From Trypanosoma brucei (taxonomy: Eukaryota): a stretch of DNA of 64,000 bases. Below are positions 1 through 11,208 of the stretch, piece by piece. The notes below the pieces were generated by a model that saw only the letters and a list, made by a program, of their open reading frames with translations, made no database searches and was not told the DNA's origin. The stretch covers positions 2,400,001-2,464,000 of the forward strand of contig CP000071.1 in assembly GCA_000002445.1 (NCBI GenBank), in the 5' to 3' direction. How positions within the stretch are numbered: position 1 is the first letter of the stretch; the number at the start of each line of letters is the position of its first letter. Position numbers and translations under genes: made by a program.

Positions 1-6
1 GCCTGC

Positions 7-666
7 ATGGCACTCACTGCTGTGTTCATGGAGGAGGTTATGAAACCAACGGAGAAATTGCAGCATCAACTCCACCAGCAGCAGCAGCAGGAGGGGAGCG
101 CGCCCCGGACGCCGAAAAATAGCGACGCTGTGCGGTCGGGTGAGAGGCAGCGGCTCGTCACGAATGTACATGATGCCATTGACAAGCTCTGCGACCGTGT
201 AAAGGAAAGAAATAACCAAGTAGACGCATCATATGACAAAGGGAAAGAGGAGCGTGATGAAAAGAGTGAAAGTACAGAAGGTGGGCCGATATGGTACGTA
301 TCTGTCAACACAGCAGCGTGTGAGGTGGCATTGGAGGAGGTGAGCGAGGCACTTGCGCGGGAAGCCTTTGCACAGTTGCTGCCGGAGCGCGTTGCTGGAA
401 CCCGCGGTGGTGGCCCATCCGCTGTTTGCGAGCAGGAAAATTTGTGCACCGCCCGGCTGTCACAACATGTGAAGTCTGAAGAGGAGAAGGCAAAAGCGGA
501 ATTGGAGAAGGAGATGCGGCGGCAACGGGAGTTGAGTCGCAAGAACCCAAAGGAGACGTTGGCGTTGCAGCGTGCCGTTGCCGTGGGTGTCGGCATTATG
601 GTCATTGCGCTGTGGTTGCGGGGGCGACAGTCTGCGAAGCCAGAAGGTGACGTGAAGAAGGACTGA
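7..666 (+). CDS. Hypothetical protein with a C-terminal transmembrane tail, possibly tail-anchored and possibly 5'-truncated by the window edge
   Basis: ATG-initiated 219-aa ORF. It has a poly-Q run, charged and coiled-like regions, and a single C-terminal hydrophobic helix (VAVGVGIMVIALWL) followed by a short basic tail. No in-frame stop lies between the window start and position 7, so the ORF may extend upstream. Confidence 0.4.
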   Translation: MALTAVFMEEVMKPTEKLQHQLHQQQQQEGSAPRTPKNSDAVRSGERQRLVTNVHDAIDKLCDRVKERNNQVDASYDKGKEERDEKSESTEGGPIWYVSVNTAACEVALEEVSEALAREAFAQLLPERVAGTRGGGPSAVCEQENLCTARLSQHVKSEEEKAKAELEKEMRRQRELSRKNPKETLALQRAVAVGVGIMVIALWLRGRQSAKPEGDVKKD

Positions 667-852
667 TGAGTTTTCTTTCTCTTCCGATTCCCCTCAATAA
701 TCAACGTTAGAAGGAGTTGTCCACTGAAAGGCTGTGTATTCGAGCCGGAGTTGCAACGTTTCAGTGACTTGGTTGCTTCCATGAACTAATGGGGGGGAGA
801 GGTACGCCGCAGGGTTCTCCCTCGTGGTGTGCCCTTGTTTGTGCAATGGTTT

Positions 853-856
<4 letters not shown>

Positions 857-890
<34 letters not shown>
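857..890. repeat. (TG)n microsatellite
   Basis: gtgtgtgtgtgtgtgtgtgtgtgtgtgtgcgtg is read directly from the sequence. A second (TG)n lies at about 1159-1182. Confidence 0.9.
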
Positions 891-1398
891 CTGAAACAAC
901 GCACTCGCCGAAAGCATCATTTTTTTTTTTTTCAAAGCATCACGACTCTTACCATTACCGTTGCCGTAAGTTTGATCACCTGCAGCTCAGTCACCGTTAA
1001 CTTTTGTTCCTGCTGAACCTTGCACTGCTGTTCCCTTTCCTTGGATCTCTGAGCGTCGCGTTAAAGGAGGTAAAGCGGGTGTAAGTGGGGTTGACACACT
1101 GGCAAACATCAATAACACCGGCTTTTCACCTTCTTTGTTGTTGTTGTTGAACTCGTCTTGTGTGTGTGTGTGTGTGTGTGTGGGGAGTGCAACAAAAGTT
1201 TGAGAGGGTGAGGATTACTGTTCCGTCCACAGTTGAACTCAACAGTGACCCGTAGACATACATACACGGAGACGCTTGTGCACTTCAGTGGTGCGTTAAG
1301 CACCGAACGCAAATTCACTACACCTGGCGGAATCGGTAACTGTTGTGCGTGATTGTGCCGTTCCCGTCTGCGTTTTTTAGTTTCTTTCTGGAATTGTA

Positions 1399-3549
1399 AT
1401 GGTAACGCAGCAGCGAATGATTTTGAAATGGCTTTCGTTTAAGAGGCCCCAGGCGCAAGGGGAGCCGGCTTCAGATGCAGAGACTTACCCCAAGTGGAAA
1501 AGACATGACCGTGATTCGTTGCCGTTCTGGCGTCGGCTTTTGTGCGCTCCTGAGGTTGGGGGTTATAGCGCCCCTACAACCAACCTCAGTGAGGCTGATA
1601 CGTGTGTGTCCTCGCAAACTTTTGCAGGTGAAATGGAGATTGACGACAATTGCGGACCAAAGCTCAAAAGTGTCTTTGCCGAACCACGGCGACAATCGCG
1701 TTCACTTTCTCACGATGGCTACCAACCCTTGGCCGCAGCGGACAAGTTTCGTAGCTGCCTTAATAGCAAAGAGCAGTGTAGTAGTTTAGGGAGTTGTGCC
1801 CGGTGGGTGGTGACGGATACGCGACGTATGCATTTTACATTAGATGGGGTGTCCACCAAGACCTTAACCCCAAGCAGCAGTGGTTCTACCATTCCATCCA
1901 TTCCTTTAACTTCAACAGTTTCATCGAGTGCACCATCTCCTTCACAATCGCCATTGCCACCGGACGACGATTCCCTTCGGCAGCAGCGGAAGGAGGAACA
2001 GAAGGCACAGTTGGTGGCAGAGCAGCGGCGACGGAGGGAACTCCAACGTGATGAACAGATGCTCTTGGAGGAGGAGAGAAACCGTATTTCCAGGGACACT
2101 CTCCAAACTCCAGGACAACTTACCGAAGAAAACCTTTCGAGACACGTTAGAGCTTCAGCCAACATGGCGCCCTCGGGGGACCGATCTGCTGGTTGGAATG
2201 ATACCATAAATCCACTGAAGTCCCTTTCAAGTTACAACGACGACAGCTCGACATACATTGATTGCGACGATGTCATTGATTTGCACGAACTGGACCGTTT
2301 GTTCGAGTACTGCAAACGCCGAGAGAAGACGGCTGCTCCTGCAGAGGAGGCGGAAGTGCCGTTGGGGTACTCGAACGCAGACCATTCGGTTGCACACGAC
2401 AGCGGCTGCAGCACCATTTCCACCGTTGTCCAGCCGCTGCACAAACCAAAGCAGCAACAGCGGTATCCACTTGGTTCCCGTAGGTATATCGAGCGAATTG
2501 TGCTGGCAGAACACTCCCAGCAGGTGGTTGCACTCATGTGGCTGCTTGCCGAATCAATGCGTCATGCGTGGCGTCTGCAGTTAAGACTTGCTCAGTTGTA
2601 CACTTACTATGTGCCGACGTATCTACAAGCAGAGTCAGCACGTAGGGCAGCATCTGCTGGTGCTGTTGGTGTGAACGCCGTGGATGACGGGCATGTCGGC
2701 GGTTGCGGCTGTGGTAATCCCAATGATGAAGTGTTTGGTATTACTCGAAACAAATATTACGCATACTTCTGCTCGGGGTCATTCGATTATGAATACTACG
2801 TGTATCAGTTCAATCAGGAATGGGGGGCAATCTTTGCTGCTGTGAAGAATTATCTGGAACCCACAGGTTCGACAGCTGGAACTACGACGGTAAATGGTGT
2901 CGAATCTGTCGGATGTGAGGGACCCGCACCTCGAGGGAGTGTTTGTTTTGTGGCTGCTTTACTTTACTCGATGAGTCTCTTTGAACGACAATGGGAGCTT
3001 CAGGTGGCGGTGCGGGAGGTTGAGCAGTGGGCGAAAAAATGTTGGAGCCGGCTGAACCAAGCACTAGCGACAGAATCGGATGGAAAGAAAATATCATCAT
3101 CCCCCTTTGGTGAAACTCAGATTCTTGACGGCGGCAACGACGATGGGGAGGAGATTGAAGTGGCGTGGAGTAAATGCCAAAAGGAACCAAAAGATGATGA
3201 AGCGAAGGATGAAGAGGAAGAACATGAAGATGAGGAGAGCCAGAGGATTTATCTTCCGATGGACTGGTGGCGGGCTCAGGACACAGATGTTCAGGTGCAG
3301 GTTTCTTGGAACCGAAGAAGGCGGAAGATGCGGCAGATTCGGATTAGTACAGCGGCGCTGCAGAAGGTCCGCTGTCTTGAGAACGCACCGCCGGTTGCCA
3401 CCTCTTTGTATCATGCCCCGTCCGTCGCGGAACCGTTACCGGTGACGCTTGAGGCACTACCGAACGGCAGAAGCGATGAGGAACCGGATTCCCACCACGT
3501 GGTAAATGTTGGGTGCTTCGGTTTCTCCTTCTTTTCTCCATGGGATTAA
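1399..3549 (+). CDS. Hypothetical protein of 716 aa with a charged coiled region and an acidic stretch
   Basis: Long ATG-initiated ORF (atg at 1399-1401) with codon usage like the other + strand genes. It contains a QQRKEEQKAQLVAEQRRRRELQRDEQ heptad-like segment and a DEAKDEEEEHEDEES acidic run. A polypyrimidine tract lies upstream. Confidence 0.55.
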   Translation: MVTQQRMILKWLSFKRPQAQGEPASDAETYPKWKRHDRDSLPFWRRLLCAPEVGGYSAPTTNLSEADTCVSSQTFAGEMEIDDNCGPKLKSVFAEPRRQSRSLSHDGYQPLAAADKFRSCLNSKEQCSSLGSCARWVVTDTRRMHFTLDGVSTKTLTPSSSGSTIPSIPLTSTVSSSAPSPSQSPLPPDDDSLRQQRKEEQKAQLVAEQRRRRELQRDEQMLLEEERNRISRDTLQTPGQLTEENLSRHVRASANMAPSGDRSAGWNDTINPLKSLSSYNDDSSTYIDCDDVIDLHELDRLFEYCKRREKTAAPAEEAEVPLGYSNADHSVAHDSGCSTISTVVQPLHKPKQQQRYPLGSRRYIERIVLAEHSQQVVALMWLLAESMRHAWRLQLRLAQLYTYYVPTYLQAESARRAASAGAVGVNAVDDGHVGGCGCGNPNDEVFGITRNKYYAYFCSGSFDYEYYVYQFNQEWGAIFAAVKNYLEPTGSTAGTTTVNGVESVGCEGPAPRGSVCFVAALLYSMSLFERQWELQVAVREVEQWAKKCWSRLNQALATESDGKKISSSPFGETQILDGGNDDGEEIEVAWSKCQKEPKDDEAKDEEEEHEDEESQRIYLPMDWWRAQDTDVQVQVSWNRRRRKMRQIRISTAALQKVRCLENAPPVATSLYHAPSVAEPLPVTLEALPNGRSDEEPDSHHVVNVGCFGFSFFSPWD

Positions 3550-5880
3550 GGTCGAATATGTTGAGCTCTACAGCTAAATTAAAAAAAAAAATTATTGGAA
3601 CCAGGAAAATAAAGTGGAGGTGAGCCTGGGGACTTACAGGTAATAGTACGGTGTAGGAAGAGTTGTTGATGGCGGGGATTTTTTTTTTTGGTTTGATGCT
3701 GCCGTTGCAGTGAGTTGCGCCACCCGTCCATAGGAACTTGTAGTAGTATAGAATTATAACAGATATATACACATGTGCATATTGATGTGTATATATATAT
3801 ATATATATTGGCAGTTGTGTTAGTGGATGTTAATATGAGAAGGGTGGATGATGGTATTGATGCACGATAAACTGTAGTTTCCCGTGATTGCAAAGTGGCA
3901 ATGGCTGAAAGAAATGAGGTGAAATAAAATTAAACCAAGTGTCCCAGCCGGATTTATGCATTGTGAGGAACAAGGTTCGCGCACGTGAGAGAAAATGGGC
4001 GGCGAGATCGATACCTGCTGTGGCGACTAAGCATAATTTTTCTTCTGTCAACATTTTTTAAAAGAGTTTTCATCCCTCTTGTTTAAGGTGGCTTTCTGCT
4101 TTATTATTATTATTACTAAAAAATTCCCCTCCTTCTTCTTGCTTGAGTTCCTCACTTTTGTTTACATGAAAAGATATTACACTGTTGGAGGCTGCCGCTT
4201 CTTCAAAACGGGGAGGTGGCTGTTGCGGATGTTTCTTACTCTTGTTATATACGTATATTTTTATATCTATGCATGCCCGCTGTGTGAGAATAGATTATAG
4301 TTTTGATTTACTTACTTACCAATTTGTTAAGTCAGCGATGACACGTAGGCAAACGCTATGTGGTAATATTGGGAGCTGATCAGTGTATGTATGTGACTGG
4401 GAAACTGGACACGTTAGTTTGTTTTTTTTTCGTTTGTGACAAGCGGGTACTTGGGAAATCTGCACGTCTTTATGTTTGTATGCGTTTAAAGGAAACACGG
4501 GCGCTTATAACGGTGGTGGGGCCTTTTTTTACCCCCTTTTTTTTTATTGGACTATTTCCAGTTTCGTTGCAGCCCCACCGCCACCATAAGCGAGCCGCAT
4601 GCCCTTTTGCTTCCCTTTTTTTGTTTATATATATATTAAAAAAAAAAGGAAACTGCGCTTCCTCTTGCTTTTAACCTTTCTTTTCGCCTCCGCTTCTTTT
4701 CCACACATTTTATTTGGTTCGAGCATTGGCTTTATTTGGCAGTTTTTGTGTGTGAGAAGTGGCTTTAGACAGGAAAGGGGAAGCATATGAAGCTTTTTTT
4801 TTTTGAAAATTTCGATTGTGATGATGAGATTGTTTAAGCGGGGATCCATTTGAGTATATATATATATATATAAATATATATACAAATATGTATGTCTTTT
4901 CTTTTTTTTTATTATTATGTTAATTTTTCCCTTTCCCCTTTTCTTTCTTTCATTACCTTTTGGTTTCCTGGGGCCGTTCAAACCGATTGTGATCCGTGTT
5001 GTTCCGGTTGGTTGTGTCCGATAGAGAAACGGAAGAGGATGAGAGGGAGATAACGAAGTAAAACGAGTTTGTTGAAAAGTGAGTTGTGGTTGCATTTATT
5101 ATTATTATTATTATTATGATTATTGTTTACGTAGAATAAGTTATTGCAACCATTGATGTGCGTGGGCGTGTATGAATGAACGCATACGCGTGTATGCGTG
5201 TTTTCGTGTGTTGAAGCAAATACACTTTTTAGTGGCGGCCCATCATAATCATAATCATCGTCATGTTGTTGTCATTATTATTATTATTATTATTAATGCT
5301 CCTTCTTTTTTTTTTTCAATGTTTCCCTCCTTCCCCATCTCCGCTTTGGAGTACTGAAATCACACCCTTCGCTGTTTTAACTGTGGTTTCCCTCCTGTCC
5401 ACGTGTTCCATTTCCATGCTCTTTATGTTTCATGTGGGCACAACACAAATACATGTGCCGTTCACCCATTTTCCAAAGGTTTCTGGAAAATTACTACTAC
5501 TGCTACTGATGCTTCTTTTTTTTTTTTTTTTACCTCAGCCTCATGTGTTACATAGGTTTTCTTTTCCCTTTTCTCATTATCTTTGTCTGTTGGTTTGAGA
5601 ATATCTGGCATTTAGATTCTTTTATTCATCAGGTAGTACAAAGTTATTTGAAAAGGAAGGGATTACAGGTATTAGCTCTAAAGGGGAAACCGGTACAAAT
5701 ATTGCTCTAATGCTGCGTCGTATTGAGTATCTTATTCATTTTATTGTTATTATTTTACTACTCTTGTGGTTACAAATATAAAAGAAGTTTCAGTTGGACA
5801 GTAGGTGCGGAAGGGGAATCAGCATATATATATATTTCATTTATTTTTGTTCATCCATTGGGAGGGGGAGAGCTGTGTGG

Positions 5881-5998
5881 GGCGTTTTTTTTTCTTTTAC
5901 CGTCTTTCTTTATTAAAGTTTTTCACTTTTTTCTTTCTTTCCCTTTCGCTGCAAATTGTGTTCGTTTCGGTATTTTTCTCTTTTTTTTCTCTTTACCG
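5881..5998 (+). promoter_or_regulatory. Polypyrimidine tract plus AG acceptor upstream of the Rab-like gene, a candidate trans-splicing and polyadenylation signal
   Basis: About 120 nt of almost pure C/T (ggcgtttttttttcttttaccgtctttctttatt...ctcttttttttctctttaccg), followed by AG dinucleotides at about 6001 and 6015 and then the ATG at 6019. Confidence 0.5.
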
Positions 5999-6018
5999 AT
6001 TAGCGGGTGCTGTAGGCA

Positions 6019-7917
6019 ATGCGTGTGGAGGACCCGAAATCACTGGATGCCGTAGCCGATGCGGAGGAATCCGTTAAGGTCGAGGCTCCACTTGAAGGAA
6101 GAAATACACGAGAAGAAAAGGATGAGCAGATGTTTGTTTTTAAGATTGCGGTGGTGGGCGACTATAATGTTGGCAAGACGTCCATCGTGAAGAGATTGCT
6201 CGATATTCCATATGAGAATATTTCACCGTTGCCTCAAGCCGAAAACAAACAAACGAGGGCCAACGGCGCAGAGAAGGGTGACGACAAAAGTGGGAATTCG
6301 GCAAATGTGTCTGCAGAAGGGGCTAACAAGTATGAAGCGGAGGTAAATAGTGCTCAAAATGGTGCCAACACTCGAACTGATTGCAACGACAAGGCGGATG
6401 TGGCTCTTATGACCAAAAACGTGTTGGAACCGCTTCCCGCCACAACACCAACCGTAGGCACCGATTTCTTTTCCCGTGTCGTGCGGAGTGTGCGACCGGG
6501 ACAACATGTGCGACTGCAATTTTGGGACACTGCCGGCTTAGAGCGGTACGCCTCTGTGCACGACTCCACATTCCGCCGCGCCTCTGCGCTCATTGTTGTA
6601 TTTGATGTGAGAAACAGAGAAAGTTTTGCCCATGTAACTTCACAGCACCTTAAGCGTGCCATGCAGTACAATCCCGATATTAGTGGCCGTCACATATTTA
6701 TTGTTGGTAATAAAGTAGACCTTGTTGATAACAGCGAGCCTGAGGATATGGATAGATTTGTTACGCAGTCTGAGCTGCAGTCCGGACTGTTTAGCGCGTT
6801 CCCCGACGTGCATTATTATGAAACTAGTGCGCAAACCAATTACGGTGTATGGGAAGTGTTGCACGGCCTTTGTCAGTCGCTTCCTGATAACTACGCTGCG
6901 ACCACTAGTGGGGAAGCTAAAGAGGAAAAGGCAGCGGTAACGGAGCGAGATCCGTTGCATTCGCTTCTTCCTTTATGTTATGAGCCCGAAACTACATTAG
7001 ATGAAGGAACAGTGGCGGAGGATCCAGCCCTCACTGCAGATGGAACCCTGGCGTCACTGTCGTCACCCTCTTCCATTAAATCGAGGGATGTTCGGAAAGA
7101 TACAAAAGCGTCCGAGGATGAGTTATTTTCTCCAAGAGAATGTGCTGACGAAGATGATGTTTGCCATGGCGGCGCGGATGCGGCTGATAATTTGAAGAGC
7201 GCACGGGGGCGTGGCTCAAATGGGACTGTTGCTACAGTTATGGCTGATCCTATTGACGGCGATGGAATTGATGTTGATGTTGATGTTGATGTTGAGGGTG
7301 AGGATGAGGATGTTATAGCGGACGCTGCTGCAGAGCCCGAGTGTACCGTGAATTCCAGCAAACATGTGGATCCAAACAAATCCTCCCCAGTAAAAGAAGA
7401 AGGTGAAGAGGATGCAGTGGCGGTTCATAGTGAGCGCTCGGCCCCGGGTGATGGTGTTGTTGATAAGAAGGTTAAATGTAATGGATCAGACGGCGAGGTT
7501 GAGACGGAGGACGCCACAGATGTTGAGTGTTTTCCTCAAGAGGATAATGCGGCTCCACCGAGTGTACAAAATACGGCTAGATTTGGTGGCAATTCGTTGC
7601 AGGCGCGTGCTTCATCATTTGCAAATGGCGGTGATGGAGTTCTTTCATGCAGTCGTGCCGCCAGGGGCAAAAGCGGAGAGGACAGTAAAGCTGATGAGAA
7701 CCCTCAAGTGACTTCACATCGCAAAAGAATTGATGATATGTTGAAACGCATCGATGAAGACGCCGGCGTGGAGGATTTTTCTGAGGGAGGGCGAAGGGTT
7801 GAGCAAATGCAAGAAGAGGCATCGGATCAAAGAAAAAAGGAGAAGTCTCCAGTTAAATTGTCAAGGTGTTTTTGCTTCGGTTCCAAGGGCGGCGGGTCTA
7901 AACGTTCAGGTTGCTGA
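6019..7917 (+). CDS. Atypical Rab-family small GTPase of 632 aa, with a large insert and a long acidic C-terminal extension
   Basis: Rab/Ras G-box motifs are present in order: G1 GDYNVGKTS, switch I TVGTDF, G3 WDTAGLERY, G4 GNKVDL, G5 ETSAQ. About 90 aa are inserted between G1 and switch I. The catalytic Gln of DTAGQE is replaced by Leu. There are DVDVDVDV and E/D-rich repeats. The C-terminus ...CFCFGSKGGGSKRSGC lacks a canonical Rab CC/CXC end. Confidence 0.75.
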   Translation: MRVEDPKSLDAVADAEESVKVEAPLEGRNTREEKDEQMFVFKIAVVGDYNVGKTSIVKRLLDIPYENISPLPQAENKQTRANGAEKGDDKSGNSANVSAEGANKYEAEVNSAQNGANTRTDCNDKADVALMTKNVLEPLPATTPTVGTDFFSRVVRSVRPGQHVRLQFWDTAGLERYASVHDSTFRRASALIVVFDVRNRESFAHVTSQHLKRAMQYNPDISGRHIFIVGNKVDLVDNSEPEDMDRFVTQSELQSGLFSAFPDVHYYETSAQTNYGVWEVLHGLCQSLPDNYAATTSGEAKEEKAAVTERDPLHSLLPLCYEPETTLDEGTVAEDPALTADGTLASLSSPSSIKSRDVRKDTKASEDELFSPRECADEDDVCHGGADAADNLKSARGRGSNGTVATVMADPIDGDGIDVDVDVDVEGEDEDVIADAAAEPECTVNSSKHVDPNKSSPVKEEGEEDAVAVHSERSAPGDGVVDKKVKCNGSDGEVETEDATDVECFPQEDNAAPPSVQNTARFGGNSLQARASSFANGGDGVLSCSRAARGKSGEDSKADENPQVTSHRKRIDDMLKRIDEDAGVEDFSEGGRRVEQMQEEASDQRKKEKSPVKLSRCFCFGSKGGGSKRSGC

Positions 7918-9565
7918 GAGTACGGTGTGGTGGGTACGTGAATAATGTTTTTTTCCCCTCTTTTCTCATTGTTTTATTTCGCGACAAAACACACGTGTGC
8001 GTACGGTTGGCGATTATATCGTTTCGCTTTCTTTCCCCTCTCTTTTTCATTGAACGGAAAAAAAAAGACCGTTGCTTAACTTTTGCTGTGATAACACGCC
8101 ACGTGTTTCTTACAATTGGGTGAAAGTTGACCGCCTTGTGATTTGTTGTGTGCTGCTTTCAAAATTAGGGGCTACTAAAGTAAGTGCTGTAAGAGAAATT
8201 GTGGTTTTTTAAGAGAAGGAGGGATGACTGGCGTGTCGCCTCTGTCTTTTTTTTTGTTTTCTTTCTGGTTTGTCTGGATCTTCGGCCGTTTTTCTGTTGT
8301 TTGAACTTTTTTTTTCCCTATTCGTTCTGGACCGCTTGCCGATTGATGCCGATCAAATATTGTGTGTGTATGTGTGTGTATATACGCGTGTGTGTTTGTA
8401 TTAATGAAAATTTGCTTATGACGCGAAGTGATGAGGAAAAAAAAAGGAATAATTGGGTTCAGCAGTTCCGTTCTCTCCTGATAATCGTCGGCCGCCACTT
8501 TCATAACCTTCTTTTCTTTTTTTTTTTTCATTGTTCCTCCCCTAATGCGGATTTTTTTTAAAAAAATTTCTTTCGTCATTCTCTTTGTTTGTTTGTTCGT
8601 GTTTTTTTTTTCGTATATTCCTTTCCCGTTCACTGCGTTGGCGTGTGTGTGTGTGTATATATAACTCAAACTTATTATCCGTAGTTTGAGAGGGATTTTT
8701 TTTATGGAGTTAAATGCGAGCGGCTGCGGCACAATACAGTGGAGGGGAATTCTTTTCTTTTTTTTTCCTTTTTAACGTGCAGGGCTTTATTATCGGCTGA
8801 CAGCAACGTAACGTATTTGTGTTGAGGGGGGAAGTGGGGAGTGGGGAATATACCAAATGAGGCGTAAGTGAAGGGTTCGTTTAGAGAATGCGGAGGGAAT
8901 GGGAAAATAAGTGACATCGTCCCTATGTTTTGTTTTTCTTTTTGAGGTTAACTTTGCTCATCGTCTTTTTTTTTTTGATTGCGCGAACGGACATGCCTAC
9001 ACTACAAATACGTGATGATAAATAAATAGTATATATATATATATATATCCATTTTACGTTTTTTTTCGGTTTGTTTATTTGTGACTCATTAGTTTTACCA
9101 TTAGCATGCAGTGCACCCAGTTGGGTAATTACGCCCTCAAAGTGGGTCATATAGAAGAAAAGAAAAGAAAAGAAAAAGCTAGAGAAAAAAAAGGATGGAA
9201 TGTGGAAAAAAGAATTGGAGGGAAGGAATAAGGAATGTTCGGAATTGTAACACGTTTGTTCAGTACAATAGATACTTAGCTATTCCCTTTTTATTTTGTT
9301 TTTCTTTTGCATTTTTTTTTGTTTTGCGGGGTCCTTCGCTGTGTGCTCGTGTGGTTCGCAATTGGGAAGAGGTAGCGATAAATGCCATTAAACAATAAGT
9401 AGGAGTACATCATCATTTGTCGCTTTTCCCCTACAACTTGTTACACCTCCGTTCATAACATCGATTATTCTTTCTCCCCATCAGGTCATTTTTATGCCAC
9501 TTTGTATCTACAACATAGCAGCTTAAAGTCAGCCTGTGGATGATTTTTCTACTGCTATACGCACA

Positions 9566-9601
9566 TATATACGGATATATACGGATATATACGGATATAT
9601 A
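9566..9601. repeat. 10-bp tandem repeat (cggatatata) of about 3.5 copies
   Basis: atatatacggatatatacggatatatacggatatatat. Confidence 0.85.
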
Positions 9602-10062
9602 TATTCTCTTTTACCTGTTTGCCCATTTTACCTCACCACAGTGTTATGGAGGTTCGTTCCGCTTTTTTGCATTGGTCGATGCGGCTGCGGCTGCGGCATT
9701 GGTAATTGTATTGCTCTGCGCATAGCTTGCTGCTAAAGAATTACATACGCCGCGAGTTGCGCGGCTACTTGGCGTGTGTTTGTGTTCGATAATACTCACT
9801 TTCCTAGTCTTTCTGCCTTTAACTGTTTACGTTTCCCCTTTCTTTCTTTCTTTCTTGTGCTGTTACTCGAATCTTTCTTGCCAAGCAAATATTAGTTTGA
9901 TCATCGTAGCGCGCACTCATTGGGGTGGTACTGTTTCTCGATTACGGGGTTCAGGGTAGGTTGCAATTACTGTTTTCACCTTCAATTTCATCTGACGCAT
10001 TTTCCGTCTTGGGCCCAGTCACGTTGTTGGGGTTTATTCTTCTTTTCTAAAAGCCCTCAGGA

Positions 10063-10065
<3 letters not shown>

Positions 10066-10114
<49 letters not shown>
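10066..10114. repeat. (TA)n microsatellite of about 24 units
   Basis: An uninterrupted tatatata... run lies in the intergenic region upstream of the C2-domain gene. Shorter (TA)n runs lie at about 3791-3819, 4855-4880, 14604-14620 and 15645-15662. Confidence 0.9.
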
Positions 10115-10115
<1 letters not shown>

Positions 10116-10659
10116 TGCAGGATTAATATGCGCTGAATCCTTTAGGTGATTGGAACGCCAACTGATCGAACTGTGCACCGGCACGTCCGATTGTCGTGTT
10201 TGTTAATTTTACTGCTATGAAGAGATCACTGCGGTCCTGTGGAAGTGACGTGTGTGTGTATGGATGCCGTTATATTGTTTGAAAGAAACATGTTGTCTGC
10301 GCCTCTTGTTGAGTTCCCTGCTTTTGCGGAGAAATCAAAGTGTAACCATTGGTTAGAGGAAACTGCCTTTACATACGTATAAATTCATTTCAGTCCATGG
10401 CTTCCTGTGCGGACGTCGCATTTCTTCATGTCAATCTCTCTCTCTCTCTCTCTCTGTTTTATCGCATGCTTTTAACAAGCCACTCTCATCTGTTTTATGC
10501 AGTTGTTATTGTTGTTGTTGATTCAAACACCTTTCTTTCATTGCTTCAACTGTATTCATCACAACCCACCTCTTTATTCGTTCTACTGTATGTGAGAGTG
10601 TGGTGTCATAACACAGGTTGCGTTTATCAGGTGCTGCATACATTGGAGAGGAAACAGAA

Positions 10660-11208
10660 ATGGGGAAGCTTCAGGTTTGTATTTGTGCCGCGCGGAGCCT
10701 GCACGACAGGAGAACGCTTTGCACACCTGATCCCTATTGTTGTGTACAGGTAGGCGACACAATACATAAGACAAAAGTCGTGAACAATACATGTAACCCT
10801 GTGTGGAACCAAACATTTCGGTTTCACGTGGCCAACGAAGCTAACGCACAGGTGTGTGTCGAGCTTTGGAACAGAGACATCGTTGCGGACGAAATATTGG
10901 GATCTCTCTGCCTTCCTTTGACTGATCTGACGATGGGTATCGCTCAGGATTCATGGTATCTTCTTTCTCACTCTGCCACAAATGCGGAGTTGCGCATCCG
11001 TGTTTTAGCTTGTGACTTCGGTAAAAAACCGCAACTCAGTGAGCGGTGGAAGGTGACGAATGATATCAATAACTGCCCCGTGTTGGCCGCCGGTGGAAAA
11101 CCGCCCGCGTCTGCCGACCCCGTCACCGTCCCCACAAACTCCAACAACACGCCATTCGCATCAAAGATGGGGCCGGCTGTGGTTCCTGAAGCTGTAGCCT
11201 CAGCATAA
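10660..11208 (+). CDS. Small C2-domain protein
   Basis: The ORF track start at 10618 is TTG, and the first in-frame ATG is at 10660 (MGKLQV...). C2-domain hallmarks are present: LQVCICAARSLHD...DPYCCVQVGDTIHKTKVVNNTCNPVWNQTFRFHV...VCVELWNRDIVADEILGSLCLPL. The last motif is a Ca/lipid-binding C2 beta-sandwich signature. Confidence 0.6.
   Translation: MGKLQVCICAARSLHDRRTLCTPDPYCCVQVGDTIHKTKVVNNTCNPVWNQTFRFHVANEANAQVCVELWNRDIVADEILGSLCLPLTDLTMGIAQDSWYLLSHSATNAELRIRVLACDFGKKPQLSERWKVTNDINNCPVLAAGGKPPASADPVTVPTNSNNTPFASKMGPAVVPEAVASA

Noticed and set aside
66-782. 238-aa minus-strand ORF overlapping the first + strand gene
   Set aside because: It is the antisense frame of a codon-biased + strand gene. 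It is Ser/Cys/Arg-rich and low-complexity, and it has no upstream signals. All neighbouring genes are on the + strand.
8175-8732. 185-aa minus-strand ORF in the intergenic region
   Set aside because: Highly low-complexity and K-rich, with HTHTHT tracts. It is generated by A/T-rich and CA-repeat intergenic sequence, so it is not a plausible protein.
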